Shown here one piece after another: positions 54,331 to 63,854 of a DNA stretch of 64,000 nt. The stretch lies in NCBI GenBank assembly GCA_902615625.1, contig CACMPM010000004.1:10290-74289 (forward strand), written 5' to 3'. Positions within the stretch are counted from its first letter, which is position 1. Each line of letters begins with the position of its first letter. This DNA comes from an uncultured Alphaproteobacteria bacterium (GTDB lineage: Bacteria; Pseudomonadota; Alphaproteobacteria; HIMB59; GCA-002718135). The position numbers and the translations under genes were made by a program. The notes beneath the pieces are model-generated. The model was given only the letters and a program-made list of their open reading frames with translations, ran no database searches and was not told where the DNA came from.

Positions 54331-55122
54331 TTATGTCTCTTGAATTGGGGTGATATTTTTGGCTAAACCATTATTAATATCGATGTCTATTAAAGCTCCA
54401 CATATAGTTATATTTTCAGTAGCAGGAGTAAATCTACCTTCAGCCCTATATCCCTTAACAAATCCATGGATTGGATTATTGATATCGAAACCAATTACTG
54501 AATTGTAATCACCTGACATTCCAACATCTGTTTGATAAGCTGTACCTTTGGGTAAAATAACACTATCTGATGTTGGCACATGAGTATGTGTACCTAAAAC
54601 TGCAGTAACTTGTCCATCAACATAATATCCAAATGCTTTTTTTTCAGAAGTTGTTTCACCATGCATATCAATAATTATCGCATCGCATGTACTACCTAAT
54701 TTCTCTTTTTGAAGAAATTCAATAATTCTTTTAAATGGATCATCTAATGATAAATTCATAAATAATCTAAGCATTACTTGTACTACGATAATTTTTTTTC
54801 CATTTAAAAGTTCAAGCTTATAATATCCTTTTCCAGGAACACCTTCAGGGTAATTCAAAGCTCTGATTATTTTTGGATTTTCTTCAATATAAGAAAGCAT
54901 ATCTCTTTGATCCCATGCATGATTCCCAAGTGTAATTAGATCTAATCCGCTGGAAAATAATTCTTCTGCATCCTTTTTTGAAAGTCCATAACCAGAAGTT
55001 GCATTCTCACCATTAGCAATAATCATGTCTGTATTGTATTTAGATTTGAGTGTTGGTATAATTTCTTTAATTTTTTTTCGAGACGCCTTACCGACAATAT
55101 CACCTATAAAAAGAATTTTCAT
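54331..55122 (-). CDS. YmdB-like metallophosphoesterase (TIGR00282 family)
   Basis: 263 aa with the calcineurin-like motifs KILFIGDIVGK, ANGENATSG, GNHAWD, DMHGE and GTHTHV. Confidence 0.85.
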   Translation of the reverse strand: MKILFIGDIVGKASRKKIKEIIPTLKSKYNTDMIIANGENATSGYGLSKKDAEELFSSGLDLITLGNHAWDQRDMLSYIEENPKIIRALNYPEGVPGKGYYKLELLNGKKIIVVQVMLRLFMNLSLDDPFKRIIEFLQKEKLGSTCDAIIIDMHGETTSEKKAFGYYVDGQVTAVLGTHTHVPTSDSVILPKGTAYQTDVGMSGDYNSVIGFDINNPIHGFVKGYRAEGRFTPATENITICGALIDIDINNGLAKNITPIQET

Positions 55123-55700
55123 TAAATACTATATAAATTTTTTTCCGTAATAACATAATCCACTTTAAAATCAAATTTGTCTATAGGTATGTAATCTAAC
55201 TTTTGTTCTTCATATGCATAGGCTACAGAGATGAATCTATGATTAATTTTATTTAAATAAGCAAAAGTCCTGTCATAATAACCTCCGCCATAACCTAATC
55301 TATTTCCCTTATTATCAAAAGCTAAACAAGGTACAAATATTAATTCGGGATTTAAAATTTTATTTTTATTTTGAGGCTCTGATATATTCATATGTCCTTT
55401 TATAAAATTCTCTTCACTCTTAAATTGCTTAAAGATTAAATGACTATTTTTATTTTCAATTACAGGAAGACATAAAATTTTATTTTTAATAAATATTAGA
55501 TTGTTAAGCTCTCTGGTATTTATCTCAGAATTAATAGAAATAAAACTAGAAACTATATTAATTTCTTGAAAGTTAATTTTTTCAAAAAGTTTATTAAACA
55601 AAGATAAAGCAAAATGAGATGGTTTATTATTAAAAATCTTATCTCTTATAATCTTTTGTTTTTTTCTGATAATTGATTTTTCATCTTTAATATTATTCAT
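55122..55700 (-). CDS. 5-formyltetrahydrofolate cyclo-ligase
   Basis: 192 aa. The C-terminal GNRLGYGGGYYDR motif is typical of MTHFS/YgfA. Confidence 0.85.
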   Translation of the reverse strand: MNNIKDEKSIIRKKQKIIRDKIFNNKPSHFALSLFNKLFEKINFQEINIVSSFISINSEINTRELNNLIFIKNKILCLPVIENKNSHLIFKQFKSEENFIKGHMNISEPQNKNKILNPELIFVPCLAFDNKGNRLGYGGGYYDRTFAYLNKINHRFISVAYAYEEQKLDYIPIDKFDFKVDYVITEKNLYSI

Positions 55701-56112
55701 AATATGAATTCTTAATTATCTCAATTAAATCCTCTACTTTTTTATTTATTTCATCAAATTGTTCATTTAATTTCAATTTTTCATCTTCTAAAATTTTTTT
55801 TTCGTTTTGTAGTTTTAGTATTTTGTCTTTAAGTTCTAAATTGTTCTTTAGATATTCTTCATTCTTGGCATCATTTACTTCTGAACTTTTTTCTATATTT
55901 AATTTTTCTGAAAGCTCTGCTTGAAGCTCAATAGAGAGAAGTGATAACAATATAGTATCACTTATTTTTCCATTAGAATATTTTGGATTTTGTAATTTAT
56001 TATCAATTTTTTCATTAATTAAATTTATTGAATCTATTATTTTTTTTTCATCTTTTTTTTCATATTCTAATGATATTTCTCTGTTTAAAATTTTTGTCTT
56101 ATAAAAAGGCAT
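55693..56112 (-). CDS. zapA: cell division protein ZapA-like
   Basis: 139 aa. The N-terminal KILNREISLEYEKKDEKKI fits the ZapA pattern (v.I.gr.Y.l.c...E), and the C-terminus is a coiled coil. It lies upstream of the 5-FCL gene, as zapA does in E. coli. Confidence 0.6.
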   Translation of the reverse strand: MPFYKTKILNREISLEYEKKDEKKIIDSINLINEKIDNKLQNPKYSNGKISDTILLSLLSIELQAELSEKLNIEKSSEVNDAKNEEYLKNNLELKDKILKLQNEKKILEDEKLKLNEQFDEINKKVEDLIEIIKNSYYE

Positions 56113-56114
56113 GG

Positions 56115-56303
56115 TTAATTCTTAATTAGAAGTTCCAATTCATCAATATACTCGGACATTTGTTTTCGTAAATTTTTAATTTCATTTTCAAGATTTTTAA
56201 TTTTTTCTTTCTTAGAAATATGATGATCTTTAAAATCTTCTAAAGCTGATCTTAGATTATTTAAGTTTTCGCTTAGAACTGTAATTTTTTTTTGTATTTC
56301 CAT
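56115..56303 (-). CDS. small coiled-coil protein (ZapB/ZauP-like partner, DUF4164-like)
   Basis: 62 aa, entirely heptad-repeat coiled coil, immediately upstream of zapA. Confidence 0.45.
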   Translation of the reverse strand: MEIQKKITVLSENLNNLRSALEDFKDHHISKKEKIKNLENEIKNLRKQMSEYIDELELLIKN

Positions 56304-56388
56304 TATAATTTTATAGTTTGTAATTTTATAATTGTCACTGTAATGAACCCATATTAAATAATTTTATATCAACCATAAAGGTAAGTAT

Positions 56389-58365
56389 TTGAAAAATTTA
56401 AATAATATCAACAATCTAAGACAATTATCAAATTGTATTAGATTTTTATCAATGGATGCAGTGGAAAAAGCAAAATCTGGTCATCCTGGTATGCCTATGG
56501 GTATGGCAGACATCGCAACAGTTCTTTATAAAAATCATTTAAAGTTTGATCCGAATGATCCGGAGTGGATTGATAGAGATAGATTAGTTATTTCAAATGG
56601 ACATGGCTCAATGCTTTTGTACTCTTGTTTGTATCTAACAGGATATAAAGACATTGACATAAATCAAATTAAAAATTTTAGACAATTACATAATAAAACT
56701 GCAGGTCACCCAGAATACGGGGGTGCAGAGGGGATAGAAACAACTACTGGGCCTTTATCTCAAGGTTTAGCAAATGCAGTTGGAATGGCACTAACGGAAA
56801 AAAAATTATCAAATAATCATGGAAAAGAATTATTCGATCATTACACTTATGTTTTTGCTGGAGATGGATGCTTAATGGAAGGTTTAAGTCATGAGGCGTG
56901 TAGTCTCGCAGGACATTTAAAATTAAATAAGCTTATTATGTTTTTCGATAATAATTCTATTTCCATAGATGGATCAACAGATCTTTCAGTTTCAGATAAT
57001 GTGAAAAAAAGATTTGAAGCTTATAATTGGAATATAATTGAAATAGATGGTCATAAATATGAGGAAATTGATAAAGCTATAATTCAAGCAAAAAAAAGTG
57101 ATGCTCCAACAATTATATCTTGTAAAACTAAAATTGGTTTCGGCTCTCCTAATAAAGAAGGTTCAGCTTCATCACATGGTTCACCTCTTGGTGAAGATGA
57201 AATTAGTTTAACAAGAAAAAAATTAAAATGGAATTATTCGCCGTTTGAAATTCCAAATGATTTATTACAAGAATGGAGAAGTTTTTATAAAAGAAATGAT
57301 GAATCAAAAAATTCATGGTCATCAAAAAATAAAGAATTTATTGAAAGTAAAAATTTTAAAGAAAGTTATTATCAAAAAATTGATTCACAACTTCCAGAAA
57401 AACTAGATGAATTAAAATATGAACATTTTAATAATAAAACAAATTGTGCATCAAGAAAATCGAGTGAGCTAACGTTAAACTTAATTTCAAACTATCAAAA
57501 AAATCTTATTGGTGGTTCTGCTGATCTTACTGGATCAAATAACACTAAGGCAAAAGATATGAATGTAATTACACCTGATAATTTTAATGGAAATTATATT
57601 CATTACGGTATCAGAGAACATGGAATGGCTGGAGTAATGAATGGCATTGCTTTGCATAAAGGGTTAATTCCATACGGAGGAACGTTTTTGGTATTCACCG
57701 ATTATTGCAGACCTTCAATTAGGTTATCAGCTATTATGAACATACCAGTTATTTATGTAATGACGCATGACTCAATAGGATTAGGAGAAGATGGACCAAC
57801 CCATCAACCAGTTGAACATCTTGCATCTTTGAGGGCTATACCAAATTTAACAGTCATTAGGCCTTGCGATATTATTGAAACTATAGAAGCATGGGAATGT
57901 GCAATAAACAATACTGGACCGACAATCTTAGTTTTAACAAGACAAAATCTACCGATGTTACAAAAAGATAATCGAAAAGAAAATCTTGTAAATAAAGGTG
58001 CTTATAAAATAAGAGATTTTAAAGAATATGATGCAACAATTTTATCTTCTGGTTCTGAAGTTGAGATTGCTTGCTCTGCATCAAATAAACTTTTTGAAAA
58101 CAATAATTTAAAGATAAGAGTTGTAAGCATGTCTTCATTTGAATTGTTTGAGAAAAATGATGATGGTTATAAAAATGAAATTTTAGGAAATAAACCTATT
58201 TTTGCTATTGAGGCTGGAGTAATAAATGGTTGGGAAAAATATATTAAAAATGAAAATTTTGTTGGTATGTCAACTTTTGGTGAAAGTGGTCCGTACAAAG
58301 ATTTATATAAGCACTTTAAGATTACAGATGATCACTTAATTGAAAAAATAATTAAAACTTTATAA
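56389..58365 (+). CDS. tkt: transketolase
   Basis: 658 aa with a TTG start, AAGG 9 nt upstream, and no in-frame ATG available. Motifs are SGHPGMPMGMADIA, GDGCLMEG and THDSIGLGEDGPTHQP. Confidence 0.96.
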   Translation: MKNLNNINNLRQLSNCIRFLSMDAVEKAKSGHPGMPMGMADIATVLYKNHLKFDPNDPEWIDRDRLVISNGHGSMLLYSCLYLTGYKDIDINQIKNFRQLHNKTAGHPEYGGAEGIETTTGPLSQGLANAVGMALTEKKLSNNHGKELFDHYTYVFAGDGCLMEGLSHEACSLAGHLKLNKLIMFFDNNSISIDGSTDLSVSDNVKKRFEAYNWNIIEIDGHKYEEIDKAIIQAKKSDAPTIISCKTKIGFGSPNKEGSASSHGSPLGEDEISLTRKKLKWNYSPFEIPNDLLQEWRSFYKRNDESKNSWSSKNKEFIESKNFKESYYQKIDSQLPEKLDELKYEHFNNKTNCASRKSSELTLNLISNYQKNLIGGSADLTGSNNTKAKDMNVITPDNFNGNYIHYGIREHGMAGVMNGIALHKGLIPYGGTFLVFTDYCRPSIRLSAIMNIPVIYVMTHDSIGLGEDGPTHQPVEHLASLRAIPNLTVIRPCDIIETIEAWECAINNTGPTILVLTRQNLPMLQKDNRKENLVNKGAYKIRDFKEYDATILSSGSEVEIACSASNKLFENNNLKIRVVSMSSFELFEKNDDGYKNEILGNKPIFAIEAGVINGWEKYIKNENFVGMSTFGESGPYKDLYKHFKITDDHLIEKIIKTL

Positions 58366-58376
58366 AAAGGAGAAAT

Positions 58377-59381
58377 ATGAAAGTTGCAATAAATGGGTTT
58401 GGAAGAATTGGAAAACTTGTTCTTAGAGCTTTATTAGAAAAAAATCCTAAAGATATTAATATTTTAGCTATTAATGAACTAGGAAGTGTTGAGAGCAGTG
58501 CTCACTTACTTAAATATGATAGTGTGCACGGTATTCTTAAAGATGAGATTAGTTCAATCAAAAATGGATTAAAAATTGGTAAACATAAAATTAATTTTTA
58601 TTCAGAAAGAGATCCAAATAACCTTCCTTGGAAATCACTCAAGGTAGATATTGTTCTTGAGTGTAGTGGTGTTTTTACTTCAAAAGAAAAAGCGATTTCT
58701 CATTTAAATGCAGGAGCAAAAAAAGTTATTATTTCAGCACCAGCTTCAAATGTAGATGCCACAATTGTTCAAGGTGTAAATAACGATACTATTAAAAAAA
58801 ATCATAACGTAATTTCAAACGGATCTTGCACTACTAACTGTCTTGCTCCTTTAGCTATGGTTCTTGATGAAAAATTAGGAATTGAAAGTGGTTTCATGAC
58901 AACAATTCATAGTTACACGGGTGATCAAAGAACTGTAGATCAAACCCATTCTGACTTTAGAAGAGCAAGGGCTGCGGCTGAGTCAATGATACCGACTTCT
59001 ACAGGAGCAGCAAAAGCTTTGAGTCTAGTGTTACCAAAATTAAAAGGTAAACTAGATGGAACAGCTATTCGAGTACCTACTCCTAATGTCTCACTTATAG
59101 ATCTTACATTTGTAAGTAAAAAAAAAACTAGTCCAGAAAAAATTAATTCTATTATTTTTCAGGCTTCAAAAACTAAAAAATTAAATGGAATTCTAACAAC
59201 AAATTCATTACCTCTAGTTTCAATTGATTTTAATCATAATTCAAGCAGTTCTGTATTTGATATGAGTCAAACACAAGTTGTCAAAGATAAATTCTGTAGA
59301 GTTTTATCTTGGTATGATAATGAATGGGGCTTCTCAAATAGAATGGTAGACACTATGGTTGATCTTAAAAAATTTATTTAG
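58377..59381 (+). CDS. gap: type I glyceraldehyde-3-phosphate dehydrogenase
   Basis: 334 aa with NGFGRIGK, the active site SCTTNCLAP, and WYDNEWGFS. Confidence 0.97.
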   Translation: MKVAINGFGRIGKLVLRALLEKNPKDINILAINELGSVESSAHLLKYDSVHGILKDEISSIKNGLKIGKHKINFYSERDPNNLPWKSLKVDIVLECSGVFTSKEKAISHLNAGAKKVIISAPASNVDATIVQGVNNDTIKKNHNVISNGSCTTNCLAPLAMVLDEKLGIESGFMTTIHSYTGDQRTVDQTHSDFRRARAAAESMIPTSTGAAKALSLVLPKLKGKLDGTAIRVPTPNVSLIDLTFVSKKKTSPEKINSIIFQASKTKKLNGILTTNSLPLVSIDFNHNSSSSVFDMSQTQVVKDKFCRVLSWYDNEWGFSNRMVDTMVDLKKFI

Positions 59382-59779
59382 TGGTTAAAAAAATTTGTTT
59401 TGCGGTATCGACTCTAACACAAATTGAAAATTTAATAGAATTTCGAAAATCAAAGTTCAAAACTTCTATCATATTTATAAAATATTTTTTAATTAAAGGT
59501 TTTGGGATAGAATGGCTTAGAACGTTAATAAAGCATATTAAAAATAAATATAAGACACACAATATTGAGTTTTTTATCGACTCAGGCTATGATCAAGGTC
59601 TTAGTATATTATTAACTCACGAAAATATTGATTATTTAAAATTAAAAAATAATAAAATTATCTTAAATAAAATTAATCATATTGCTAAAAAAAATAAGGT
59701 TTTATTAAATCCAACTTTTGATGTAGTAGATCTTACGAAAATTAAAAATATACAAAAAAAACTTAAGATAAGACTATGA
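59381..59779 (+). CDS. hypothetical protein (orphan, no recognisable motif)
   Basis: 132 aa. The GTG start shares 1 nt with the gap stop, and the stop overlaps the efp ATG (ATGA). It has no internal Met and no Shine-Dalgarno. It is the only long ORF filling a roughly 395-nt stretch in a genome with almost no spacers. Confidence 0.5.
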   Translation: MVKKICFAVSTLTQIENLIEFRKSKFKTSIIFIKYFLIKGFGIEWLRTLIKHIKNKYKTHNIEFFIDSGYDQGLSILLTHENIDYLKLKNNKIILNKINHIAKKNKVLLNPTFDVVDLTKIKNIQKKLKIRL

Positions 59780-60345
59780 AAATAGATGGAAATGAAATTA
59801 AAGTTGGCAATATTTTAGAGATTAATAACAAACTTTGGAAAGTTTTGAAAACCCAGCATACTCAACCTGGAAAGGGTGGTGCCTACTTACAGGCTGAACT
59901 TAAAGAAATAAGAGAAGGTACTAAAATGAATAGTAGGTTTAGATCATCAGAAACAGTAGAAAGAGCTATCCTTGATGAAAAAGAATTTCAATATCTTTAT
60001 GATGATAATAATAATTTTATATTCATGGATAAACAAACTTATGAACAAATAGAACTCGGCTCAGACATATTAACTGAAGATCAATCAAAATTTTTAGTTG
60101 AGAATAGTAATGTTATTATTAATTTCTATAATGAAAAACCGGTTGGAATTGACTTGCCAGATACTGTAGAATTAAAAGTTGTAGAAACTGAAGGTGTTGT
60201 AAAAGGTCAAACAGCTGCTTCATCATATAAACCTGCTACTTTAGAAAAAAATATTAAAACATCTGTACCTCAATTTATTGCAGTTAATGATAAAATAGTA
60301 ATAAGTACAATTGACGGTAGTTATATTGAAAAATCAAAAAATTAA
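59776..60345 (+). CDS. efp: elongation factor P
   Basis: 189 aa with the loop HTQPGKGGAYLQ, which carries the conserved Lys. Confidence 0.95.
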   Translation: MKIDGNEIKVGNILEINNKLWKVLKTQHTQPGKGGAYLQAELKEIREGTKMNSRFRSSETVERAILDEKEFQYLYDDNNNFIFMDKQTYEQIELGSDILTEDQSKFLVENSNVIINFYNEKPVGIDLPDTVELKVVETEGVVKGQTAASSYKPATLEKNIKTSVPQFIAVNDKIVISTIDGSYIEKSKN

Positions 60346-61121
60346 TGCAGCCTGCTGTAATTAATATCTTTGAAAAGTCAGTAAAAAAAGCTGGTAAAAT
60401 ATTATTAAGAGATTTTGGAGAGTTAGAAAATTTGCAAATACAATCAAAATCAGTTGGAGATTTTGTAACAAATGCAGATACTAAAGTAGAAAAAACACTT
60501 TTAGAAACTCTTAAATATTATTATCCAGATTATACTTACATAACTGAAGAAACTGGTGAAATAAAAGGTGATGAAAACACAATTATTATTGACCCAATTG
60601 ATGGAACCTCAAATTTTATACATGGAATACCTCATGTTGGAATAATCGTTGCAAAAATGACAAATGGTGAAATCACAGACGGCGTGATTTATAATCCAAT
60701 TTTAAACGAATTTTTTTGGAGTTCGAAAGGTAAAGGTTCGTGGTGTAATAATAGTAGACTTCGAGTGTCAAACAGACAAATTTTTTCAGATTGCTTGATA
60801 GGCACTGGTCTTCCATTTGGAGAAAAAATTTATAAAAACTATTTAAGTGAGGTCGATGAAATCCTAAAATCATCTGCAGGAATAAGAAGACTAGGTTCTG
60901 CAGGCCTTGATCTGGCTTACGTTGCCTCTGGCAAATTAGATGGTTTTTGGGAAAAAGATCTAAATTTATGGGATGTTTCAACTGGCATTCTTTTAGTTAA
61001 AGAAGCTGGGGGAAAAATTTCTAAAATAGATGGAAATCCATGGGAAATAAATTCTCGTGATTTAGTTGCTTCTAATAATAAAATTCATAATGAATTACTT
61101 AAAAAACTTACTTTACTTTGA
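60345..61121 (+). CDS. suhB: inositol monophosphatase family protein (SuhB-like)
   Basis: 258 aa with the motifs ITEETG, DPIDGTSNF and WDVSTG. Confidence 0.9.
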   Translation: MQPAVINIFEKSVKKAGKILLRDFGELENLQIQSKSVGDFVTNADTKVEKTLLETLKYYYPDYTYITEETGEIKGDENTIIIDPIDGTSNFIHGIPHVGIIVAKMTNGEITDGVIYNPILNEFFWSSKGKGSWCNNSRLRVSNRQIFSDCLIGTGLPFGEKIYKNYLSEVDEILKSSAGIRRLGSAGLDLAYVASGKLDGFWEKDLNLWDVSTGILLVKEAGGKISKIDGNPWEINSRDLVASNNKIHNELLKKLTLL

Positions 61122-61145
61122 AATCTATATAAATATAAGACAGAA

Positions 61146-61373
61146 ATGAAAAAAGATATACATCCTAAATATCATGAAATAAATGTTGTTATGACTGATG
61201 GATCCACTTTTAAAACTAGATCTACTTGGGGTAAAGAAGGTGATACTCTTAAATTAGAAATAGATTCTAAATCTCACCCTGCATGGACGGGTGGTAAAGC
61301 TGGTCTTAATGAATCTGAAGGACAGGTAGCTAGATTCCAAAAAAGATTTAAAGGTCTAAAAATTAATAAATAA
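61146..61373 (+). CDS. rpmE: 50S ribosomal protein L31
   Basis: 75 aa with the N-terminus MKKDIHPKY. The CxxC zinc motif is absent, so it is a non-zinc form. Confidence 0.93.
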   Translation: MKKDIHPKYHEINVVMTDGSTFKTRSTWGKEGDTLKLEIDSKSHPAWTGGKAGLNESEGQVARFQKRFKGLKINK

Positions 61374-61562
61374 TTATTTAAAAAACTTTTCAGCATTAAG
61401 TTTTAAATCTTTCTTCTTTTTTACCTCATCTTGAACTCTTAGTATTTCATTTTGAAGTTCAGAAATATAATTTTGTAAATCCTCAACACTGAAATCATCC
61501 AAATTTAATATTTTAAACGTCTTTTGTTTTTCATCAACTTCAAAAAAATCCGTCATAGTCAT
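61374..61562 (-). CDS. DUF1192-like small coiled-coil protein
   Basis: 62 aa. LDDFSVEDLQNYISELQNEILRVQDEVKKKKDLKLNAEKFF matches the alphaproteobacterial DUF1192 pattern. The assignment is from memory. Confidence 0.6.
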   Translation of the reverse strand: MTMTDFFEVDEKQKTFKILNLDDFSVEDLQNYISELQNEILRVQDEVKKKKDLKLNAEKFFK

Positions 61563-61606
61563 ATTTTGTTATATATTATTTTTTGATTATATTATATGAG
61601 CCAGTT

Positions 61607-62149
61607 ATGAAATATCCTTTAATGCCAAAAGCAACAGCGATATGGTTAGTAGAAAATACAGCTTTAACGTTTGATCAAATAGCAGAATTCTGTGGATTAC
61701 ATGAATTAGAGGTTCAAGGAATAGCTGATGGAGAAGTTGCTGTCGGTATGAGAGCTTATGATCCAATTGATAATAATCAATTGACAAAAGAAGAAATTGA
61801 AAGATGTGAAAAAGATAATGCAGCTAGGTTGAATCTTATAAAGTCTGATGTAATTGAAGATTTACCACCAAGAAAAAAAGATTCTAAATATACACCTCTT
61901 TCTTTAAGACAAGAAAAGCCATATGCTATTTTGTGGCTTTTAAAAAGATACCCGACTGAATTAAGTAGTTCTCAAATTGCAAAACTTACCGGCTCAACAA
62001 AAAATACAGTAGAGGCTATAAGAAATGGTACATACAGAGAAGCAGTTCTTGAAGCAAAGAGTCCAATGGATGTTGGTTTATGTACTTATCAAGATCTCGA
62101 AAGAACTTTGAATAGAACTAGAACAAAAAAAGTAGATCAAGAAAATTAA
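61607..62149 (+). CDS. DUF1013 domain protein (TrcR-like cell-cycle regulator family)
   Basis: The track ORF starts at a TTG at 61583; I prefer the ATG at 61607. PLMPKATAIWLVENTALTFDQIAEFCGLHELEVQGIADGEVA is the highly conserved DUF1013 N-terminus. Confidence 0.75.
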   Translation: MKYPLMPKATAIWLVENTALTFDQIAEFCGLHELEVQGIADGEVAVGMRAYDPIDNNQLTKEEIERCEKDNAARLNLIKSDVIEDLPPRKKDSKYTPLSLRQEKPYAILWLLKRYPTELSSSQIAKLTGSTKNTVEAIRNGTYREAVLEAKSPMDVGLCTYQDLERTLNRTRTKKVDQEN

Positions 62150-62658
62150 TCATTTTTTATAACGTAATTTAGATAATAGAACATCAAGATCATCCAAAAT
62201 AATACCATTGAAATAATGAAAATCTGAAAGTTATATATTTTTATAACTCCGATAGGCTCGCCAAGATAATAGGTTAAAGGTCCTAAAACTCCACTTAAAA
62301 TAATTCCTAAAATCTTATAACTTTTAAAAAAAGTAAGAATTTCATCAAAAAGAGTACTAAAACTAAACCATAAAACAATCATCCATAATGGCAGAGTGCC
62401 AAGTTTAGCAATAGTTTCAAAATCGTAAATTTGGAAATAAACTAATAAAGTATCAAAAAAATATCCTGGAACTGAAATCAAAAGTGAAATCTTAATAAAT
62501 TTTTGTTTATTATGATTAAAATAAAAATAAGTTAGTAAGAAAATAATTCCAACCCAAAAGCCCAACATAGAATTATAAAATTTTGTTTCACCAAATACAC
62601 AGGCTAACCAAGTTAGTTGATAGCCAGTTAAGACTAAAAATACTTTTAGTTTTTGCAT
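62146..62658 (-). CDS. DUF2878-like membrane protein
   Basis: 170 aa with about 5 TM helices, directly downstream of the CFA-synthase-like gene as in the conserved DUF1365/CFA/DUF2878 neighbourhood. Confidence 0.6.
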   Translation of the reverse strand: MQKLKVFLVLTGYQLTWLACVFGETKFYNSMLGFWVGIIFLLTYFYFNHNKQKFIKISLLISVPGYFFDTLLVYFQIYDFETIAKLGTLPLWMIVLWFSFSTLFDEILTFFKSYKILGIILSGVLGPLTYYLGEPIGVIKIYNFQIFIISMVLFWMILMFYYLNYVIKND

Positions 62659-62660
62659 TT

Positions 62661-63854
62661 CTATTTTTGAATTAAGAAATGAGAAACATCGGTTGAACTA
62701 TTTGCAAAACCTGTTTCACAATAAGATAGATAAAATTCCCACATTCTTTTAAATTTAATATCAAAACCAAACTGAGATAAATCATTCCAAGATTTTTGAA
62801 ATTGTTTATTCCACATTTTTAGTGTTTTTGCATAAGAACCACCGAAACTTAGATTTTCAATACATTTTAATCCAACGTGTTTTGCCGAATATTCAAATTG
62901 TTTTTTAGTTGGAAGCATGCCACCTGGAAAAATATATTGTTGAATAAAATCTGGTCTGTTTTGATAATCTTTAGCCTTTTTTTCATCAATCGTTATGACT
63001 TGTAGTGCAGCCATACCGCCATCGTTAAGAGAATTACGAATTGTATCAAAGTAATTATGCCAGTATTTCTTCCCAACTGCTTCAAACATTTCAATTGAAA
63101 CAATATTTGAATATTTTTTTTTGATATCCCTATAATCTCTGAATATAACTGATACTTTTTCAGACAAACCTTCATTTTGAATTTTTTCAGAAGCATATTC
63201 GTATTGTTCTTTAGAAATAGTTATAGCATCAACTGAACAATTGTAATTTTTCGCTACAAATGATGAAAAACCTCCCCATCCACATCCAATTTCTAAAGTT
63301 TTAGAATTTGAGTCTAATGATAAAGTTTCAGCAATTTTTCTATACTTGTTAAATTGTGCATCTGATAAATTGGTATTCTTATTATCAAAAAGAGCAGAAG
63401 AATAGGTCATGGTTTTATCTAACCACTTTTCGTAAAAATTATTTCCTAAATCATAATGATATTTAATATTTTTTTTACTCTGTGATTTTGAATTGTTATT
63501 TAAAAAATGCTTTAATTTGGCAAAAGTAGCAAAAAAAAGATTAGTATTTATACTTTGTAAAAAATAACTCTCATTTTTGTGAGAAAGTAATAATAAATTA
63601 GTTAAATCGGTGCTTGAAAAGTAACCATTCATATAGGCTTCTGCAAAACCTACAGAACCTTTTTTAAAAATTAAATTTAAAAAATTGTAATTATGAATTT
63701 TTATATTTGCAGATATATCCTCCTCTTTGCCGACAAAAACTCTTTCCTCACCAGTTGGAAATTGAACTGTTAATTTTCCATATCGAATTTTAGATAAAAA
63801 GTTTACTAATAATTTTTCGACAGTTTTATCAAAATTTGTTTTAAAAAAATTCAT
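62661..63854 (-). CDS. cyclopropane-fatty-acyl-phospholipid synthase family SAM-dependent methyltransferase
   Basis: 397 aa with the SAM motif LEIGCGWGGF. IEMFEAVG and the C-terminal W.FYL.YCE.GF are typical of the CFA synthase family. Confidence 0.88.
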   Translation of the reverse strand: MNFFKTNFDKTVEKLLVNFLSKIRYGKLTVQFPTGEERVFVGKEEDISANIKIHNYNFLNLIFKKGSVGFAEAYMNGYFSSTDLTNLLLLSHKNESYFLQSINTNLFFATFAKLKHFLNNNSKSQSKKNIKYHYDLGNNFYEKWLDKTMTYSSALFDNKNTNLSDAQFNKYRKIAETLSLDSNSKTLEIGCGWGGFSSFVAKNYNCSVDAITISKEQYEYASEKIQNEGLSEKVSVIFRDYRDIKKKYSNIVSIEMFEAVGKKYWHNYFDTIRNSLNDGGMAALQVITIDEKKAKDYQNRPDFIQQYIFPGGMLPTKKQFEYSAKHVGLKCIENLSFGGSYAKTLKMWNKQFQKSWNDLSQFGFDIKFKRMWEFYLSYCETGFANSSTDVSHFLIQK

